Shown here piece after piece: positions 57,571-64,000 of a stretch of 64,000 bases of DNA. How positions within the stretch are numbered: the stretch's first letter is position 1; every line of letters begins with the position of its first letter. A program made the translations under genes and the position numbers. The DNA lies in assembly GCA_003971905.1 (NCBI GenBank), contig RSEE01000048.1:248001-312000 (forward strand). The letters run 5' to 3'. The notes below the pieces were generated by a model. That model had not been told where the DNA came from. It searched no databases and worked only from the letters and a program-made list of their open reading frames with translations. The DNA comes from Moniliella sp. 'wahieum'. Lineage: Eukaryota.

Positions 57571-60430
57571 ATGACGGGAAGCGCCGCCGCCACTGTGCGG
57601 CCACAGCAGACGACCATCGCGGAGCTGGTCATGCCAGCAGCCCGGGCCTGCCGTTGGATCTGACCAGCCTCCAACACCTCTTTCGCCAGAGCGCTGGCGC
57701 CGGTGCTTCGGTGCCCGCTTGGGCGCGTGCTGTGGGCTGGCAGGCTTTGCTTTCAACCTTGCCCCGCAACCGGGGTCAATGGCCTGAGGTGCTTGCCAAG
57801 CAGCGTACCGAGTACTATGTATGTCATTCTGTCCCCGCCCTCGCTCCTCCTTTCGGCGCCCTCCATCGGGTGTGGGCTAACCTCCCACCATCAACACCCA
57901 CAGCGCTTTGTTCAGGACGTTTTGCCTTTGGCCGATGCCAAGCCGCCCGCGTCAGGCGGGGGGGCCGGTGAGCCGCTGTCGGAGCGGGACGAGCTGCTCA
58001 ACTCCATGTTCAACGACACCCAAACCTCGATCCGGAAGGGTGCCTCCATCTTCCACGCTTCCATTTATCCCTCGAACTCCAACCCCCTGTCTCCGCAGCC
58101 TCCAGGCGTGAATGATGAGCAGGCCGTGCCTCGCCTTTCGAAACGATGGCTTTTGTTGGACCGCCTCGCCAAGATCAACCCATCTTTCCGTTCGGCTCTG
58201 CCCCCGCCATCGCTCGCATCGGTGGAAGAGGCGGGCCAAGAGCGGTATGGTGACGTATGGTGGCACGCCTTGTTGCGGATCCTTTATGTGTTCTCTTGCC
58301 TGAACCCATCCATCGGATACATCCAAGTACGTCATCTTCCTATCTGTTGGCCCTCCTAATGGGCATCACACTGACTCTGACACTCATCCTGCAGGGCATG
58401 CACGATGTAGCCTCTGTTTTTCTCACTGTATTTAGCCAAGAAACTCAGGAAGATCAAGATGCCCCACCTTCTCAAATTATCCAGCTGGCCTTCTCTGAAC
58501 ATATTGAGGCTGATGCTTTTGGTGCTTCTCAGCCTTGATGACTGAGGTACGCGAGCTCTTTGACTTTGATGGGATTGATCATGCTCGGGCTGGGCTCCAT
58601 ATTACAAACACACGAGATGATTCTCTGGCGGGAACCAAGGCCAACGAGGGTATGGCTGGAGCGCTGAAGCAATTCAGTGTTCGTTTGCAATGGCTTGATC
58701 CGGAGATTTGGGGGCAATTGCATGATTTATCCCTTGATCCCCAATTGCCAACCTATGCCTTCCGTTGGCTCATTTCACTGCTTAGCACCGAACTGGCACC
58801 TTTGGACGTCGCGGTATTGTGGGACCATCTACTTACAGAGACGGCATCGCACAATACAGACCCCAGCTGTACCGATGGCATGTCCAAGATCGACTTTGCC
58901 ATTGACTTGAGCTGTGCCATGATTGTTGCGATCCGTGGACCTCTGATGCAGGCTATCGTACCCCAACCAGACGATGACGGGCAGCGCAAGAGCCCTTATT
59001 ATCGTACCATGAGCTTGCTACTGCGATACCCCACTAAAATTGAGATGAGCACCATCCTCTCTCTCGCCCAGACCTACCGTCAACGCCGACTCACTTCTTC
59101 TCTGACCGGTGACGGTCCCGACTCTGCTACCTTGTCTCTCGAACGCAAGCAGAACAATACTTCCTTTTTGTCCACATTGGGCCTGTCACGGACGGGCACT
59201 TCGTGGCTCAAGTCCGTTTCTTCGCCTTCCCCATCTGAAAGAGATGCCGGGGTCTGACCAACAGGAGACTTTGTCGTCTCCAGCGGGGGAAACGTCATTT
59301 TCCCGCTATGCTCACCAGCTGGCCAATACCGAGGCCGCCACTCACATTTCGCGCCAAGGCACTGTATTGGCGTCTATGGCACTGAAAAGTTGGAACCAAG
59401 CCGCAGCAGCAGCTTCATCAGCTATGGCCCAGCGCGCCAAGCCTGCTGTGACGGAGGACACATTTACATTGGGAAGCGACGATTCCCCCACCACCTATAC
59501 GCATATGGGGCGCCATGGTACGCTCAAGCCGCCAGGCCAGAATGCTTCCAATCGCAACTCTGCTCGCAGTCAGTCCAGTACGCCCGTTGGCTCTCCCTTG
59601 TCGATTGCGTCCGACACTCTGGTTGAAGGCGCACGGATCAAGGGATCTCGGCGCTCGCTTATCTTGGGTCCAGTATCGCTGTCGCACCAAGCCAGCCATC
59701 TAGACGAATACGATGATGCTGACATTTCAGCTATGAGCCTTGCCTCTGCCCCGGATTCAACGCCTTCAACGTTCCAGTCGATCGCGGCAGCTGTAACGGG
59801 AAACACCAGCACACTCATTCTGCCTCCCGATTGGCGCCCAAACCACTACTGCTTGCCTCCCATTCAGGGCCGACACAACATCGTCATTCTTCTGGCCCTC
59901 TTCGGTCGCATGCGCGCGGGGAAAGCACATCGACAAATAGCTCTTTTACCCACCGTGCCCGTCGAGACAGTCTGGGGAGTGCTACCTCCTCTCGTGCTTC
60001 GGAGATGCGGGTTCGGCGCGGTGTGGGCTACGTGACAGAAGATTCCCCTACAACTCGTTCCCCTCGCGCTTCTAAGCACCGGGACAGTGTGAGCAGCAGT
60101 TTCTCGGCATCCAGTCGGGGCCTGCGGAGCCAGGCTTCGTCGCGGCGTTCGTCCTCGGGCTTTCGCACTGCCTCTCGGCCGACCTCAACAGGAGCGTATA
60201 CGTACTCTCGTTCCCCCCTGACCAACCGAAGGGGCGAAAAGGAGCCGATCACGTCTCTCCCTATGCAGCGGTTTGTTGCCGACATGGACGTTTCGGCCGC
60301 TACGGAGAGCACGGAGCAACCGAACACTTTGGAACGCAACGATACGGTCAAGCCCCTGGCACGTGCCCCCCTCCGGCGCACTTCATCGCCGGTCAAAGAA
60401 CGGGTGGAGGAGGCAACGGCGTCAGTATGA
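57571..60430 (+). CDS. TBC-domain Rab GTPase-activating protein with a long S/R-rich tail
   Basis: WARAVGWQALL...W...LAKQRTEYY, LLRILYVFSCLNPSIGYIQ|GMHDVAS, EADAF, YAFRWLISLLSTEL..LDVAVLWD. Introns about 57819-57903 and 58327-58394. Confidence 0.85.
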
Positions 60431-61288
60431 ATATCGAAAAGTCCCACTCTTGAGGCCATATCACCCGCCCCCCTTCCACGGCCACAGAGCCTATTACTTT
60501 CCCCTGTCAACATACCAGTGCGAATGCGAATGCGAATGAAAGAGAATCTTGATGCCACAGGCAACCACACCTCGTATATACATTTCCCGACCACAGAGGG
60601 CGCTCTACGCCAAGCGTGACTCGGTTTCCATGTAGCGTTGGACAACCCATCAGTCTTTGATGTAAGACGCAAATGGTAGCATAGCCTGTTGGGGGCATAC
60701 CATCGAGGTCTGTTCGATCCTGTTTGGAGGGCTGAAAAAAGCGATGGGCGAGCCATTCCAGACCTGACTTATTCTGTGAGTCCAGTGTTAATAGCAGCGC
60801 TTTTAGTGACCCGCTAAGCAATCCCGATTCGAATGCTTTCTATGCCACCAAAGCCGGGCTCGACATTGGCCAACAACTCCGGGGTACATAAGGTGAGTGG
60901 GGAACGCTGTTCATTCATCACTGGGATTTCTCAGTGATGCATAGTATATCAAGAAGCAGGGTACAGAAGAGACGACAGAAGAGATGATGAGAGCCAGGGT
61001 GCGAATCTGACAAACCCTTGCGCGTGCAAACCCTCGCCTTGCCGGTCATGCCTTCCGGCGGGTTTCACGAGAAGAAGGACGCAGGAATGGATTTGTGGAG
61101 CATCATCATCAGATTTGCATGCGGTGCAGAGGAAATACGGCGAACACGTGTGGAGCGTGGGCGACAGAAACATAAACGAACGCAAATGGAGAACAGGACC
61201 AACAAGGACACAGGTTAATGTGCGTGTACTGTGTGTGGTGGCAAATGTAGAGTGGTACGGGGCGGGCTGGCAACTAACCAACCAACCA

Positions 61289-64000
61289 TCAGGCGCAGAG
61301 GCGCATAATTAGTGTGTATGTGGCGCCGATGCCAGCCGAAAAGGGGAGAAAAGATAGCGCTCCATCAGGGACTCCCTGCTCGCTGGGCCCCGTGGGAGTC
61401 CAGTAGGCAGCGGGACCTTCAGGACCTTCCATCATGGCCTTCAGCTGGTTGAGATGCCCTCCTCTGGTTGTGGCATCACTGCGGGAACGTAGACGCGCAT
61501 GCAGCTGGGTGTCTGACGTTTGCGTCCAAGACCCACCATGCGGGCGGGGCAAGAGTGGATGGGTAGAAGAAGACGTGTGGGCTGTTTCATCCATCGGGTT
61601 GGTCGTCGTCATGCGCAACGGAGAGGCCGGCATCGAGCGCACAACGCGCTGCCGTTCTTGTGCAGGCAGCAAAGGAGGCAGAGGCTTACCTACCCCACTT
61701 AATCAGCCGGAGAGCAAGAATCAGACCAGCCATCCGAGTCTGCTGCGATTCTTTGGATCCCTTTGCTGTTTCTTCTCCACCATGTCATCGCCTGTCTTGC
61801 CTTGGCGGGTGGAGGCGGCCCCAGTGTATAGATCCCACTGTTCCTCGTCTTGCTCTTCGTCCGCCTCGCCGTCCGAGTTGGCCGCGTTGTTCTTGGTCGA
61901 GCCCGAGCGCATGGCCACTTGGTGATGTGAGAGAAAGATTCGTTGGCAGGGACATATTGGTTTGTTGCTCTGTGTTGAGACGTCCACGCACCTCCTCTGG
62001 CACGCGGGCCCGCCCCGGCTCCCCCACGCCGCGCGCGTCGAGCGCAGTGCGGACAAAGTGCCGAGCCGAGCAAAGCTTGCTTGCTGGCATCGAGAAAGAG
62101 CATAGCCGGGAACACATGCGGACAGTCTTTGTACAGTTCAAACCGTCGTTTGACACCGTGTTGCTGGCATTTATGGGCCAAAAGAATAATCTCGTCCCGC
62201 AACACCTCAGCGCGTCGCCGGCCTGGATCAGGAGGGGGGGAGGCCATGAAGATCGCCAAAGAGCGGACTGCGTAAGGATGGGTAAGGTACTTGTCCATGT
62301 TTGTCACCCAAGTAGGCCCGAACGGGATCCAGATGATCTCCAGACTCAGGGCGCGGCAGGTAGTCAAACTCGGCATTGTCGTCCCATGAGCGGCACGACA
62401 TGGTCAAGTCGACCCAGGGGGAGAAGAGAATGGCGCCTCCTGGCAAAGGATAACCGTTGTCGCGCAAATAGAGCATCAATGCCAGGGATAACCCTCCCCC
62501 CGCCGAGTCGGAGCCCAAGACAATGTTCTGGGGTGGAATCTTGAGATCCCGGATCAACTAAAGTAGCCCACCACCACATCGTGCAGGCGCCAGGGAAAAC
62601 GGTGCCAGGCGCCAGACGGTAATCGATGGCAAAGAGGCGGCAGTCGGTGTAGCGCGAGATCGGAATGGTAAAGGTGCGGTGGGTAGCAGGACTCATAACA
62701 AAGTAGGCGCCACCATGGATGTAGTAGATGATGCGTTCGTCTTGGGGAGTAGGCTGCGCCGAGTTTGTTGCCCTTTGTTCTTTGCTTGGGATTGTCGCAG
62801 GCGGTGTCGGCTTGCAAACGCTTCCAGGTGCGCGTGGTCACTACCCACTCGGCTTGCATACACGCGCTCGCCCGTTTCAGCCGCATCGGCCTCAGCCAAA
62901 AAGCCCTTCAGCCCCAGTCTGCGCACCTTCAATGTTACAGGCGTAACTAGCCCGTCTTGAGCAATGGGTAGCAAAGCCCCAATGCTAAACATCTTTTGCA
63001 GCGTACCAATGGTGATCAGGTCAGACAGCTTGTTGCCTTCGCGAAGCATACGTGAAAACGGTCATCTCAATCCCCCAGCTCTCCTTGAGCGGTCCTTTGA
63101 TAATGTGCCGACCTACCGAAAGGCCAAGGGCCAGACCAGCCCGACCAACAGCCCACAGCATCTTCAACGTCCATGGGTTCCGCGGACGCGTAGGTACCGA
63201 TGGATCAACGCGGGCCGCCTTGGGGAGGTCAGGCTTGGCATACTGCTCCAAAATCCCGTTCAGCTCCCGAGCAGCATCCTCTGAGAGTCCGGGCGAGGTT
63301 GTGCCCCGACTCGAACGGTGAGGATGAGAGGTCCGAGTGGACTGGAGTTGCTCTTTTCCCTTATCCACGCGGGACGGACGCTGTGAAAATGGCACTCGGT
63401 TCCTCATCTCTTCGACGGGCGTACTGTTCCTTGTCATATCTGGCTCCGACTCTGAAGCGATGGGGCAAGCGACTGTGCACCCTTGCTGGCGGTTGGGGGG
63501 CGGTCAGAGAGCGTGTGAGGCGCGGAATGCGAACCATCATGACAGTGAGATCATTGGGGCCGCGCTTGGCCGGGAAGGATGGGATGGATGAAAGATCTGA
63601 GCTGTTTCGGTGTCGCTTGTTATGCTGCTCGTTTGTGAGCACATCTGAATGGGGGGCCAACTCATGTTCAGTGCTCGCTTCGGGTGAGGGTGCAAAGAAG
63701 TCTTTCGCCCCCAGTTTACTGGAGCTTTCTGGCTCACCTGGAGCGGGGAAGACATGGGCCGATGGGGGCATATCATCACTGACTCTCTCAATTTTTTCTT
63801 GGCTTCCATCCGCATACCCAAGATCCCAATTCCCACCTGGGCAATCGAGCACTTGTGCATCATGATCTGCGACGCACTGCTTGGCCTCAGCAACGAATTC
63901 GTCTAGCTTGCGTTTCTCAGACTCATTCAGAGCGTCACCATGTTGATGCCGGCAGATCAGGTCGGCCATCCCCTTGAGTTTTTCAATCCCAGCCGACGAA
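61289..64000 (-). CDS. Alpha/beta hydrolase, hormone-sensitive-lipase family esterase; 5' end may lie beyond the window
   Basis: IYYIHGGAYFVMSPATHR, LFAIDYRLAP, nucleophile elbow DSAGGG, AILFSPWVDLT, SPLFGDLHGLPP, EVLRDE, ELYKDCPHVF; frame open to the right edge. Confidence 0.85.

Noticed and set aside
60660..60740. tRNA-like fragments (gcaaatggtagc ... gttcgatcc)
   Set aside because: The T-stem and acceptor stem do not pair; no cloverleaf can be drawn.
62500..62525. GSDSAGG instead of GDSAGG in the esterase nucleophile elbow
   Set aside because: The catalytic Ser context DSAGGG is intact, and substitution of the first Gly by Ser is a tolerated variant.
548..64000. Frameshifts in most genes suggesting mass pseudogenisation or programmed frameshifting/editing
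   Set aside because: They hit essential genes (eIF2-beta, ATP16, SAC1), look like small deletions often in homopolymer or GC runs, and I saw no accompanying nonsense decay. This is typical of an unpolished long-read assembly; short-read mapping would settle it.

Overview
Gene-dense, GC-rich eukaryotic nuclear DNA, most likely from a basidiomycete fungus. This is inferred from short GT..CTRAC..YAG introns and basidiomycete-type gene families; the species cannot be determined from the sequence. About 24 protein-coding genes can be supported: a partial metaxin-like gene, eIF2-beta, ATG18, an Atf1/Sko1 bZIP, COG8 with a repeat tail, UBP8, a HAD(SDT1-like)/F-box/WD40 fusion, PP2A scaffold A, a zinc-finger-like protein, a GlcG/YBR137W-PHOSPHO fusion, RPL35, a FIST-like protein, a WW protein, SAC1, snRNP27, a possible adhesin-like protein, DGK1, ATP16, NDUFA7/NUZM, a LURP-one-like protein, SRP14, a CaMK, a TBC Rab-GAP and an HSL-family esterase. 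Most genes carry small indels, which I read as assembly errors rather than pseudogenisation, so many gene ends are approximate. Three observations stand out. (1) An F-box plus WD40 module appears to be inserted inside an SDT1-type HAD phosphatase domain that keeps its catalytic motifs. (2) A GlcG/heme-degrading-like domain is fused in one clean ORF to a PHOSPHO1/2-type phosphatase. (3) Intergenic DNA repeatedly shows 7-bp-periodic T(C/G)A-NNNN arrays with varied, mostly palindromic spacers, often about 130-300 bp upstream of genes. I found no rRNA, tRNA, CRISPR array or recognisable transposon. All family assignments come from motif recognition, not database searches.
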